From NCBI GenBank assembly GCA_038087875.1, contig CM075992.1, forward strand, positions 9,302,001 through 9,366,000: a DNA stretch of 64,000 nt, read 5' to 3'. The stretch comes from Malacoraja senta. Taxonomy: Eukaryota. Shown piece by piece: positions 11,365 to 23,300 of the stretch. A model generated the notes under the pieces. It was given only the letters and a program-made list of their open reading frames with translations, ran no database searches and had not been told where the DNA came from. Positions within the stretch are counted from its first letter, which is position 1, and each line of letters opens with the position of its first letter. The translations under genes and the position numbers were made by a program.

Positions 11365-13724
11365 TGCAGTTCCCAGATCCCTCGCGTCCCTGGGACTAGG
11401 TGCAGTTCCCAGGTCTCCTGCGTGCCCCGGGACGGGCTGTAGCGTCCAGGTCGCCTGCGAACCCCGGGACTAGCTGTAGCGCCCAGGCCGCTTGCCCCGG
11501 GACTGGCTGTAGCGCCCAGTTTGCCTGCCCCGGGACTGACTGTAGCGCCCAGTTTGCCTGCCCCAGGGTACACAAAAATGCTGGAGAAACTCAGCGGGTG
11601 CAGCAGCATCTATGGAGCGAAGGAAATAGGCAACGTTTCGAGCCGAAACCCTTCTTCAGACTGATAGGGGATAGGGGGGAAGGGCGGGGAGAAGAAAGGA
11701 AAAAGGAGGAGGAGCCCGAGGGCTGAGGGAGAGATAGGGAAGGGGAGGAGACAGCAGGGGCTAACAAAATTGGGAGAATTCAATGTTCATGCCCCCAGGG
11801 ATGCAGACTCCCCAAGCGGAACATGAGGTGCTGTTCCTCCAATTTCCGGTATTGCTCGCTCTGGCCATGGAGGAGACCCAGGACAGAGAGGTCGGATACG
11901 GAATGGGAGGGGGAGTTGAAGTGCTGAGCCACCGGGAGGTCAGGTTGGTTATTGCGGACCGAGCGGAGGTGTTCGGCGAAACGATCGCCAAGCCTCCGCT
12001 TGGTCTCACCGATGTAGATCAGCTGATGCAATAGATGAGGTTGGAGGAGATGCAGGTGAACCTCTGTCGCACCTGGAACGACTGCTTGGGTCCTTGAATG
12101 GAGTCGAGGGGTGAGGTAAAGGGACAAGTGTAGCATCTCTTGCGGTTGCAAGGGAAAGTGCCCGGGGAGGGGGTGGTACGGGAGGGAAGGGAAGAATTGA
12201 CAAGGGAGTTACGGAGGGAGCAGTCTTTGCGGAAGGCAGACATGGGGGGAGACGGGATGATGTGGCGAGTGGTGGAGTCACGTTGGAGGTGGCGAAACTG
12301 ACGGAGGATAACTTATTGCATGTGACGGCTGGTGGGGTGAAAGGTGAGGACTAGGGGACTCTGCCCTTGTTGCGAGTGGGGGGATGGGGAGAGAGCAGTG
12401 TTGCGGAGTATGGCAGAGACCCTGGTGCGAGCCTCATCTATGGTGGAGGAGGGGAACCCCCGTTCCCTGAAGAATGAGGACATTTCAGATGCCCTGGTGT
12501 GGAACGCCTCATCCTGGGAGCAGATGCGGCGTAGATGGAGGAATTGGGAGTAGGGGATGGAGTCCATACAGGAAGCAGGGTGGGAAGAAGTGTAGCCCAG
12601 ATAGCCATGGGAGTCAGTAGGTTTATAGTGAATGTCGGTCAGAAGTCTATCACCTGCGATGGAGATAGTGAGGTCAAGGAATGGTAGGGAAGTGTCGAAA
12701 ATGGTCCAGGTGTATTTGAGTGCCGGATGGAAGTTGGTGGTGAAGTGGATGAAGTCAGTCAGTTGTGTGTGGGTGCAGGGTGTGGCACCAAAGCAGTCAT
12801 CGATGTAGCGGAGGTAGAGGTCGGGGGATGGGGATGGGGCCCTGGTACGTAGCGAACAAGGATTGTTCGACGTACCCGACAAAGAGGCAGGCGTAGCTGG
12901 GGCCCATGCATGTGCCCACAGCTACGCCTTGTATTTGGAGGAAATGGGAGGAGTCAAACGAGAAGTTATTGAGGGTGAGGACCAACTCCGCTAGGCGGAG
13001 GAGAGTATCAGTGGCCGGGTATAGGTTGCTTCTCTGGTCGAGGAAGAACCGGAGGGCTTTGAGACCATCCTGGTGGGGGATGGAGGTGTAGAGTGACTGG
13101 ACGTCCATGGTGAAGATGAGGGGGTGAGGGCCTAGAAGAATGGAATGCGCGGAGACGACGGAGAGTGTCTGAAGTGTCTTGAACATAGGTAGGGAGGGAT
13201 TTAACCAAGGGGGATAGGATGGAGTCAAGGTAGGTGGAAATGAGTTAGGTGGGGCACGAACAGGCAGAGACAATGGGTCTGCCGGGACAGTCAGGTTTGT
13301 GGATTTTGGGGAGAAGGTAAAATCGGGCGTGCGGGGCTGGGGAACGATGAGGTTGGAGGCTCGTTCGGGCAGGGCGTGGGAGTTGATAAATGGACTGGCT
13401 GCAGTTCCCAGGTCTCCTGCGTACCCCGGGACTAGCTGCAGTTCCCAGGTCTCCTGCGAGCCCCGGGACTAGCTGTAGTGCCCAGGTCACCTGCGTGCCC
13501 CGGGACTGGCTGCAGTTCCTAGGTCGCCTGCGAACCCCGGGACTAGCTGTAGCGCCCATGCCGCTTGCCCCGGGACTGGCTGTAGCGCCCAGGTTGCCTG
13601 CCCCGGGACTGCTGCAGTTCCCAGGTCGCCTGCGTGCCCCGGGTCTAGCTGCAGTTCCCAGGTCGCCTGCGAGCCCCAGGTCTAGCTGCTGTTTCCAGGT
13701 CGCCTGCGTGCCCCAGAAATGGCC
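11365..13724. repeat. GC-rich ~33-37 bp minisatellite (CCCCGGGACT(A/G)GCTG...), split by the PLE into 11365-11567 and 13393-13724, and running into the gap
   Basis: Direct tandem units on both sides of the PLE. Confidence 0.9.
11568..13392 (-). mobile_element. Penelope-like element (5'-truncated): RT plus GIY-YIG endonuclease, 3' UTR with hammerhead motif
   Basis: FYLLPKIHK...GRPIVS, MDVQSLYT, YLRYIDD, IYIGETKRRLGDRFAEH...VAQHFN motifs; frameshifts; CTGAAGA...GAAAC at 11630-11662 on the minus strand. Confidence 0.93.
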
Positions 13725-13924
13725 NNNNNNNNNNNNNNNNNNNNNNNNNNNNNNNNNNNNNNNNNNNNNNNNNNNNNNNNNNNNNNNNNNNNNNNNNNNN
13801 NNNNNNNNNNNNNNNNNNNNNNNNNNNNNNNNNNNNNNNNNNNNNNNNNNNNNNNNNNNNNNNNNNNNNNNNNNNNNNNNNNNNNNNNNNNNNNNNNNNN
13901 NNNNNNNNNNNNNNNNNNNNNNNN
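13725..13924. other. Assembly gap (200 N)
   Basis: Run of N. Confidence 1.
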
Positions 13925-14894
13925 GTCCCGCTGAGTTACTCCAGCCTTTTGTGTCTATCTTTGGGCAGACAGCATCTCTGGAGAAAAGGAACAGGTGATG
14001 CTTTGGGTCCAGACACAAGGTACCATCCAATCTGAGTACCCCTAACACAAACACCGCTTCAAACCCGCTAGCCCATCAACTCACACCCAAAGCCCACAAC
14101 ACACTACCTATGCCCTGCTCACCCTTTACACATTCCCCCAAACCCCACCCACCCTCCAACACACGCCAAACCACACCTCACCCAACCCCCACCACCCTCT
14201 ACACCCGTCCACTGTACATCCCCACCAAGCCCTCACCACCCTTTATTCCCCCACCACCCACAACCCCCTTTATCACCCCACACACCCCTTTACCACCCAA
14301 CACCCACGTTTAGTGGTGAATCTGTGGAATTCTCTGCCACAGAAGGTAGTTGCGGCCAGTTCATTGGCTTATATTTAAGAGGGAGTTAGATGTGGCCCTT
14401 GTCACTAAAGGGATCAGGGGGTATGGAGAGAAGGCAGGTACAGTTTACTGAGTTGGATGATCAGCCATGGTCATATTGAATGGCGGTGCAAGCTCGAAGG
14501 GCTGAATGTCCTACTCCTGCACCTATTTTCTATGTTTCTATGTTTAACCCCCACCACCCTAAGCTTTTTACCCCCTTCCACCCCAATTATCCCCCCACCA
14601 CCCTTTACTCCCAGCACCCTATGCCCCCCATACCACCCCACCCCCTTTACCTCCTCCACCACCCTATACCCCTCTTCACCCTCCCATCACTCTACACCCA
14701 AATTTACCTCCCCTCCACTCTCACCCCCCACCACCCTAAACCCCCCTATACCATCACACCCTACATCCCCCTTACCTCCTACACCCCCAATAAGCCCCCG
14801 TCCGTTACCTCCCCTCACCCCCTCCCCTTTACCTCCCTACCATCCACCACCCTTTATCCCACCACCCACTACACCCCCCTTTACCTCCCTACCA

Positions 14895-15580
14895 TCCACC
14901 ACCCTTTATTGCCCCTCCATCCACCACCACCACCACCATCACCCTTTATTGCCCCTCCATCCACCACCACCACCCTTTATTGCCCCTCCATCCACCACCA
15001 CCACCACCACCACCCTTTATTGCCCCTCCATCCACCACCACCACCACCACCCTTTATTGCCCCTCCATCCACCACCACCACCCTTTATTGCCCCTCCATC
15101 CACCACCACCACCCTTTATTGCCCCTCCATCCACCACCACCACCACCCTTTATTGCCCCTCCATCCACCACCACCACCCTTTATTGCCCCTCCATCCACC
15201 ACCACCACCCTTTATTGCCCCTCCATCCACCACCACCACCACCACCCTTTATTGCCCCTCCATCCACCACCACCACCACCACCACCCTTTATTGCCCCTC
15301 CATCCACCACCACCACCCTTTATTGCCCCTCCATCCACCACCACCACCACCACCCTTTATTGCCCCTCCATCCACCACCACCACCACCACCCTTTATTGC
15401 CCCTCCATCCACCACCACCACCACCACCACCCTTTATTGCCCCTCCATCCACCACCACCACCACCACCACCCTTTATTGCCCCTCCATCCACCACCACCA
15501 CCACCACCCTTTATTGCCCCTCCATCCACCACCACCACCACCACCACCCTTTATTGCCCCTCCATCCACCACCACCACCC
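14895..15580. repeat. Minisatellite (CCA)n-CCCTTTATTGCCCCTCCAT, 19 units, in FARSA intron 1
   Basis: Counted directly; unit length varies with the number of CCA triplets. Confidence 0.97.
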
Positions 15581-15657
15581 TCGTGGGGATGAAGACCAAC
15601 GCCTGCTGCTGCGGCGCTGACCGGCCTCTCTCCTCTCCCTCTCCCAGACCCACTCAC

Positions 15658-15807
15658 ATCGCCCAGCGTCTGCAGGCTCTTGACGGCGCCCACCACCACC
15701 TGGTGGTCGAGGTCCAGGCTGTGGGCCAGACGGGCGCTGTCGGCGCCGCCATCTCCCGCCTCCTGCAGCCGCCGCAGCAGCGTCTCCAGCAGCGCCCGCT
15801 CCGCCAT
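15658..15807 (-). CDS. FARSA: Phenylalanyl-tRNA synthetase alpha subunit, coding exon 1 (MAERALLETLLRRLQ...VVGAVKSLQTLGD)
   Basis: ATG in AAGATGGCGG context at 15807; 150 nt ending at a GTGAG donor; peptide matches the FARSA N-terminus (HQxVVGAVKSLQ); lies in a CpG-rich region. Confidence 0.95.
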
Positions 15808-16000
15808 CTTGCCGCCGCCGCCGCCGCTCACTCACTCACCCCTCACCCCGGGCCACAGGGCACCGACAAATAAACACAAAACACCACAGAATTACACTCC
15901 CCGCGGCACCAGGACAACCACAACTCTTGGCGTTTCACATTCTCCATGCCATTTAATACATTGCATTACTGCTTGGGCTCGGCCTGGTCACGTGACGCTA
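15800..16000 (-). promoter_or_regulatory. FARSA promoter/5' region: palindromic E-box GTCACGTGAC (15987-15996) and YY1-type AAGATGGCGG over the start codon
   Basis: Motifs read directly; CpG-rich, no TATA seen. Confidence 0.55.
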
Positions 16001-16185
16001 CGCCACACCGCCTCAGTTGCTGGAAGGGTCGAGAATGTTGTGGAAGAGCCGAGAAAATGTGGCGGAGACGAAGTGCTGGAGTCACCCCGCGGGGTCTCTG
16101 GAGGGCAGGGAGAGGCGATGACTCGGGTCGGGACCTTTCAGACGTTTATTTATATTTATAGATAGTCTATTGTCATATACAGGTG

Positions 16186-17095
16186 CAGTGAGGTACAGGT
16201 ACAAATGGGGTGGAGGTACACGTGGGGTATATTTACTGTACCTGTTCCCCACTGGTACCTTGCAAAACGTTATTCACATTATTCCCTTTATCATGTATCA
16301 GTACACTGTACAACAAGTGGGGTAGAGGTACAAGTGGGGTCCAGGTACAGGTGAAGCGCAGGTACAAGTGAAGTACAGGTACAAGTGAGGTAGAGCTACA
16401 AGTGAGATACAGGTACAAGTGAGATAGAAACATAGAAAATAGGTGCAGGAGGCCATTCGGCCCTTCAAGCCAGCACCACCATTCATTGTGATCATGGCTG
16501 ATCGTCCCCAATCAATAACCCGTGTCTGCCTTCTCCCCATATCCCTTGACTCCACTAGCCCCTAGAGCTCTATCTAACTCTCAAATCCATCCAGTGATTT
16601 GGCCTCCACTGCGCTCTGCGGCAGGGAATTCCATAAATTCACAACACTCTGGGTGAAAAAGTTTTTTCTCACCTCAGTCTTAAATGGCCTCCCCTTTATT
16701 CTAAGACTGTGGCCCCTGGTTCTGGACTCATCCCACATTGGGAACATTTTCCCTGCATCTAGCTTGTCCAGTCCTTTTATAATTTTATATGTTTCTATAA
16801 GATTCCCCCTCATCCTTCTAAACTCCAGTGAATACAAGTCGACAAGTGAATACAAGCCCTGAGATACAGGTACAAGTGAGACAGGTACAAGTGAGATACA
16901 GGTACAAGTGAGACACATGTACAAGTGGGGTTGAGCTACAAGTAGGGGTAGAGATACAAGTGGGATACAGGTACAAGAGAGGGTACAGGTTCAAGTGGGA
17001 GGGGAGGTACAATTGAAGTACAGGTACGTGGGATACAGGTACAAGAGAGGGTACAGGTACAAGTGGGATACACTCACTGTACCTGTACCCCACTT
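16186..17095. repeat. Degenerate GGTACAAGTG tandem repeat, interrupted by a CR1 fragment; resumes at 25393-25425
   Basis: Direct reading. Confidence 0.8.
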
Positions 17096-17142
17096 ACACC
17101 TGTTCCCCACTAGTACCTTGCACTAAACATTATTTGCGTTAT

Positions 17143-18232
17143 TTATGTGAGTGACATGCCAACTACCTCGTCCAGGAAGTTTGCATATACAGATGACCTT
17201 GCCCTTGCCTACCAGGGAGCTGCCCTTGAGGATATCAGCAGAGTGCTAACCCAATACTTGAAGGGGATGGAGGAGTACTTCACCTTCTGGCAACTTCGCC
17301 CTAACCCATCTAAGACAACTGTCTCTGCCTTTCACCTCGGCAATCGGCTCGCCAATGCAAAGTGCCAAGTGTCCTTTTGTGGTAAGCCGGTGAAGAATTA
17401 AGAATTCCCCAAGTACCTCGGAGTCACCCTGGATCGCACCCTCACCTATCGTGAACACCTGAAGAGGGTGGCTGATAAACTGAAAGCAAGGGTCAACATC
17501 ATCGGGAAACTTGCAGGCAACAGCTGGGGATCCAATGCACACACCCTCCGTACCGCAAGCTTAGCCCTAGTCTACTCAACAGCCGAGTTTTGCTCAACAG
17601 CTTGGGCTAATAGTTGCCACACCGAACGAGTTGACAATGCCCTTAACTCTGCAATGCGGGTCATCACAGGGACGCTTAAGTCAACACCTTTGCAGTGGCT
17701 CCCTGTCCTCTCTCATATCGCCCCTCCCAGCATACACAGATGGGAGAGGATGTTGAAAGATTTGGTGCACCATCGAGGCTAACCCTGACCTTCCCATCCA
17801 TGCTGACTTGAACAATCTGCCCAACATGTGCCTGAAGTCCCGCAAACCCTTCTGGTCTTCCGTTAAATCCCTGGAAGACTTTGACTCCAAGACTGAGTGG
17901 CGCAGAGCCTGGAAAGATGCCAACATCACAGACCCGACAGTGAAACCACCGGGTTTTGACCTCCACCACAAGCAATGGCTAACCCTGAACAGAATCCGCA
18001 CCCTCCATGCAAGACCAGCCCATCACCTGCATAAGTGGGGGAATGACAGACAGCCCTGCTTGCGACTGGGGACATCCAGACCAGACCATCCCACACATCG
18101 TGAATGGCTGCTCACTGAGGCTTCTCCCTGGGGGCATCAAAGACATCCACCCAGTAACTGATGCTGTCCTGGCCTGGATGTCTACCCTTGATCAACAACT
18201 TTAGGCTGTACACGCCATACACAAAGAAGAAG
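17143..18232 (+). mobile_element. 5'-truncated RTE-X-like non-LTR retrotransposon (RT C-terminal half, disrupted)
   Basis: FAYTDD RT motif, KYLGVTLDRTL, LALVYSTAEFC, WLPVLSHIAPP; (AAG)n tail; 11-bp TSD ATTTGCGTTAT at 17132-17142 and 18233-18243. Confidence 0.85.
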
Positions 18233-18669
18233 ATTTGCGTTATCCCCTTATCATGTATCTGTACACTGTGGATGACTCGATTGTAACCATATGTTGTCTT
18301 TCCGCTGACTGGTTAGCACGCAACAAAAGCTTTTCACTATACCTCGGTACACGTGGCAATAAACTAAACTTTTTCTCACAGAGAGTGCTGAGTCTGTGGA
18401 ATTCTCTGCCTCAGAGGGTGGTGGAGGCTTTCCTCCACCAGAGGGTGGTGGAGGCATCCCTGGATGCTTTCAAGAGAGAGCTAGATAGGGCTCTTAAAAA
18501 TAGCGGAGTCAGGGGATATGGGGAGAAGGCAGGAACGGGGTACTGATTGGGGATGATCAGCCATAATCACATTGAATGGCGGTGCTGGCTCGAAGGGCCA
18601 AATGGCCTACTCCTGCACCTATTGTCTATTGTCTATTGTCTAAACTAACGTCAAAAGGTTTAGACAATA

Positions 18670-20346
18670 GACAAAATTCAACTTAAATACAATACAACAA
18701 TCCCCTTTAAAAATAGTTAAAGATAAACTTAAATATTTAGGAATCTATGTAACTAAGACATATACCTCTTTATTTAAACAAAATTTTCCATCCTTACTTA
18801 ATAAATTACACAAACATATTCAGTACTGGAAAACACTTCCTATTTCAATGCTTGGTAGAATTAATGCTATAAAAATGATTTTCTTACCGCAACTACTATA
18901 TTTATTTCAATTAATTCCGATATATATTCCAAAAAACGTTTTCAAAAAAGTCGACTCCATTGTTACAAGCTTTATTTGGGATTATAAGAATCATAGAATA
19001 AGTAAAAAACATTTATGTAAGTCAAAGAGCAACGGAGGTTTGGCCTTGCCAAATTTCTTATTTTATTTTTGGGCAGTCCATATTAAAAACATGAATTTCT
19101 GGCTGGAAGAAATGGACCAACAACCAGAATGGTTAACTATGGAAAAGGAAGACTGTTTACCTTTTGAAATAGGTTCGATTATATTTGCTACCACAAAATT
19201 GCATAAAAAAACCTATAAGGAAAACCCTATAATACATAGTGGAATACGAATTTGGAAACAATTAAAAAAGGCTTTAAAACTGAATAATATACCACTATGT
19301 CTTCCCATTGTAAATAATCCTCTATTCAAGCCATCCATATTGGATAGAGGTTTTATACAATGGAAAAATCATGGAATTAAAAGGATTGGACATCTTTATA
19401 GGGAAGGCATCTTTCTGTCATTTCAAGAGTTACAACAGAATCATGGACTACACTCAAATAACTGTTTCAGATATTTACAAATTAGAGATTATGTTAAATC
19501 CAATACACAAGTTTATAGGACTAGGGAACCAGAAATTCTTGATGAATGTTTGAATAAGCATCCTAACACTGAAAAATTAATAGCTTATATTTATAACATT
19601 CTCCTAAATAATGAGATACCACCGATGGAACTATATAGACATAAATGGGAAAATGAGTTAGGTTATCCTATTACGAAAGATATTTGGGACGAAAGTTTAC
19701 AACATATACATCAATGTTCGTTAAATGCCAGACATGCTTTAATACAATTTAAAGTCTTACACAGATTACATTACTCCAAAATAAAATTAAATAGAATTTT
19801 CCCACATATTTCTCCTATATGTGATAAATGCCTGCACCTAGAGGCCAATTTAACACATACCTTTGCAAATTGTATAAAAATTAAAAATTACTGGACTGAT
19901 ATTTTTCAAATAATCTCTGAAGTTGTTAATACCAAATTGGCTCCAGACTCAAAATTAATAATACTTGGGATATCAGAACAAAGTTCAACACTCACAACAA
20001 GCCAAAGAAACTTCCTTGACTACAGTATAATAACAGGGATAAAATTAATATTAAAATTCTGGAAAGGCCCTACAACCCCCACAATTAAAATGTGGATTGT
20101 GGAAATGTCGGAGACCCTACATCTAGAAAGAATTAGACTTGTCTTAATGGACAAGCAAGAACTTTTTGTTAAAATATGGGCTCCATTCATTGCCTATTTG
20201 AAGGGATAGAGTGGCACAGCGCGAAAGCCCAACTGAAGCTTGAACTCAGGATTAGATGTAATTATATTTCATAACCTACGAACTTATCTCCTATGACGTA
20301 TTATAAGTTATTCATTCCACCTCTTTTTCTTTTTTGATATTGTAAT
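18670..20346 (+). mobile_element. 5'-truncated L1-clade LINE: ORF2 C-terminus (open 18848-20209) and 3' UTR, interrupted by DIRS
   Basis: KYLGI, GRINAIKM, GGLALPN motifs and CCHC knuckle CDKC..HTFANC; the UTR resumes at 25185. Confidence 0.9.
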
Positions 20347-23300
20347 TAGTAAGATTAAACGAGAACTTACCTAAGTTTGAAGTTTGATCTTTATTTTATG
20401 AGGAGTTACGTAGGTGATTACGTGAAGAACCCCGCCAGTGCGCCTGCGCGTCAATCTTCAAAGCAGCGGTGTGAAATCACAAAAAACAACAACCGAAGTA
20501 ATATAGTCTCATACTAAAACGAGTAAGACAAGAACTTCCATCTGACCTTTATGATAGAGGGTAGGGTCGTGGTGGGCACGTAATCACCTACGTAACTCCT
20601 CATAAAATAAAGATCAAACTTCAAACTTAGGTAAGTTCTCGTTTAATCTTACTATTTTACTTCGGAGTCACGTGAGTGACTACGTGAAGATTTTAAAGCT
20701 TTGTGATTTCATGCCGTGGATCAATCCCGGCTTCTCACTGCATAGATTGACTCGGAACGAGAATAATCAATCATGCATTCATAATAACATTTGTACCACA
20801 AATGCAGTAATTCATTTCAATAATGAAATGAATCAGATCCCCTTTAAACCAGAGGAATTTACACAGAACTTAAAATAGTTTCTGCAAACAACCCCGCATT
20901 AACAATAGGCCGATGGTAAAAATGTTGAAACATCAACTCATTGGACCACCCGGTGGCTGCGAGGATATGGTCGACGGGGCCGTCTTTTGCCCTGGCCGCC
21001 GACGTTTCTGCTGCCCTAGTCGAGTGAGACGTAAAAACATAAGTGTTAATACCAGCAGCTGTTAAGACTTCTTTTATCCATCTGGAAATAGTCTGTATTG
21101 AAACTCTCTTGTGTGGTTTCTTGTGTGTGATCAACAACCCAGTTTCCGTATCCTCAAATTCTTTGTGACCTCAATGTATTGTAATAAATATGTCTTAATA
21201 CAGAGACATGGATCATTTGGATATGCTGCCAGCATAATTTTAAATCCTGTCACACCTGGCCTAATTTGCTTTAGTAGGTCATAGATATAGAATGTAACCT
21301 TGTCTTCAGTTACTTCCATACTGTCTATTTGTAATTTTCCAAGTGTTTGCACTCGTTGTGCTGTCACTCATGCCATAAGCATGAATACTTTCATACTGAG
21401 CTTGACCAAAGGTAAAGACACACTTGATGACCATTCACGAAGTAGTTTCAGTACCACACTTACATCCCAGATTGTCACGTACCTAGGTTTCGGTGGTTTG
21501 GAATTAAAGATTCCTTTCATTAGTCTGGAAACAATTGGGTGTGACCCAATTGAGTTTCTTTCTGAATCCAGAACCAAATATGAGGACAATGCACTTCTGG
21601 CTGAATTAATTGCACTACAACTCAGACCTTCATCATAATAAAGTATTGACAGAAATTCTAAACATTTGAAATATCTGCAGTACTTTATTGCACATTCTTT
21701 TGTACCCAGAACTCTTCCCATTTCTTAATATAAGAAAGGTACTGTTTTTGAGTGCTCTTCCTCCAGGCTGCCGTAAGCATGTCCACAGTATGCTCAGACA
21801 GTCCTCGTCCCAGAAAAGGCATTCTCAAAACCTGCAAATCAACAAATCCAAACGATCATATAATGGATGTTGTTCCCCTGTACAGGGTGCAGCAATAAAT
21901 TACTCTTTTTTGGGACTTTCATCAACATTTGTGTTGTTAATTCTAATATCAACGGATACCATGGCTGTGTAGACCAATCTGGTACTACCAATACCCTTGA
22001 AGCAGCATCTTGCCTGATTTTAAGCAAACATTGGCTTATGAGGCAGAAAGGTGGAAATATATATGAAAACATACCACCCCAATGTAGCGAGAAAGCATCA
22101 ATCGCCACTGCTCCTGGATCTGGTTTCCATGAGACATATCTCGATAGCTGATGATTCAAGTCGATGTCGGTCATTCCAAATCTGATTACTATATCATTGA
22201 ATACCTCTTGATTCAACATCCATTCTTTATTATCATGGAACTTTTCGTGACCTGGTGTCTGCTATCGTTCATTCTACCTGGTAGATAGATAGCTGAAATC
22301 CAAATGTTCTTTTCAATACACCAAGCCCAAAGTTGATTAACCATTTTGTCACAAGACACCAACTTAATTCCACCCATATCATTAATATAAACAACTACTG
22401 TTGTGTTTATCAATTTGAACTTGAACATGCTTATTAGTTGTGTTAGAACAATAAGCTTGGAGCCCATAGAAACATCCTAGAAGCTCCAAATAGTTAATTC
22501 CCCATGTCTGCAGTAACAATGACTCTTCCTGATTCCATCTGCCTCCTCAGCTAGATGTTAAGTCAGTTGCACCCCATCCTGGTGCACTGGCATCAGTTTG
22601 TAATATCATGGAAGGTTGTTCAATCAGCACTTTGCTGGAACTGCTTGAGACATGTAGAATCCACCACTGCAGATCAGAAACAGCATTTGTTGTTAGTTGC
22701 ATGGTTCTATCAAAATGACCAACATGCATTCTCGGTGCCTGTTCTTTAAGTCTCTGCAGCTGTTGATAATGTAATGGTCCGAATTGGACTGCTGGGAATG
22801 CTGCTACTAATTTTCCCAGTACACGAGCCACCTGTCTAATTGAAGGTTTTTGCTCGTTTAGGAGATTACTGCAATCTTTAATCAAATCCACCCTTTTTTC
22901 CCTGGGCAAAGTAATATTCATTTGGACTGAATCAATTGTGAACCCCAAATAATTAATAGAGGTACATGGTGTTAACCTAGATTTCTTTGGATGAATTAGA
23001 AACCCCAAATTTTCAAAAGTTGATTTCACAACTGCAACAGATGCTTCTGTTGACTGTTTTGTCTTTCCTATAATCAAGACATCATCCAAATATGCCATTA
23101 GTACATGCCCCTGGCTACTCAGCAAGCCCAGAATTGGTTTTAACAATGTTGTGAATATTCTGGGAGCAGATATTAACCCATTAGGCAGAGCTTTGAACTG
23201 CCACAACTGGTTCATCCATTTAAATTTAAGATACTTCCTATCTTCTGAATGAACAGACACTGAATAATATGCATCTTTCAAGTCTATAGTTGCCATATAA

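Noticed and set aside
11365..11567. Regularly spaced ~35-bp repeats resembling a CRISPR array
   Set aside because: No unique spacers, eukaryotic intron context and no cas genes; this is a minisatellite.
13245..14054. ORFs spanning the N run
   Set aside because: Artefacts of the gap plus minisatellite; only the end is PLE RT.
14457..15873. Long His/Pro/Thr-rich ORFs (387, 370 and 297 aa)
   Set aside because: Translations of the stop-free minisatellite on the strand opposite FARSA; no gene structure.
15958..15968. Possible ATF4/C-EBP amino-acid response element upstream of FARSA (GTAATGCAATG)
   Set aside because: Deviates from the TGATGCAA core and is too short to support without conservation data.
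18848..20209. 453-aa open frame as a host gene
   Set aside because: It is the C-terminal part of L1 ORF2, 5'-truncated and lacking the endonuclease and RT core.
20859..22219. Phage-like integrase and adenine-methyltransferase-like ORFs suggesting a viral or bacterial insert
   Set aside because: Both are standard DIRS1 domains inside the ITR/ICR-bounded element.
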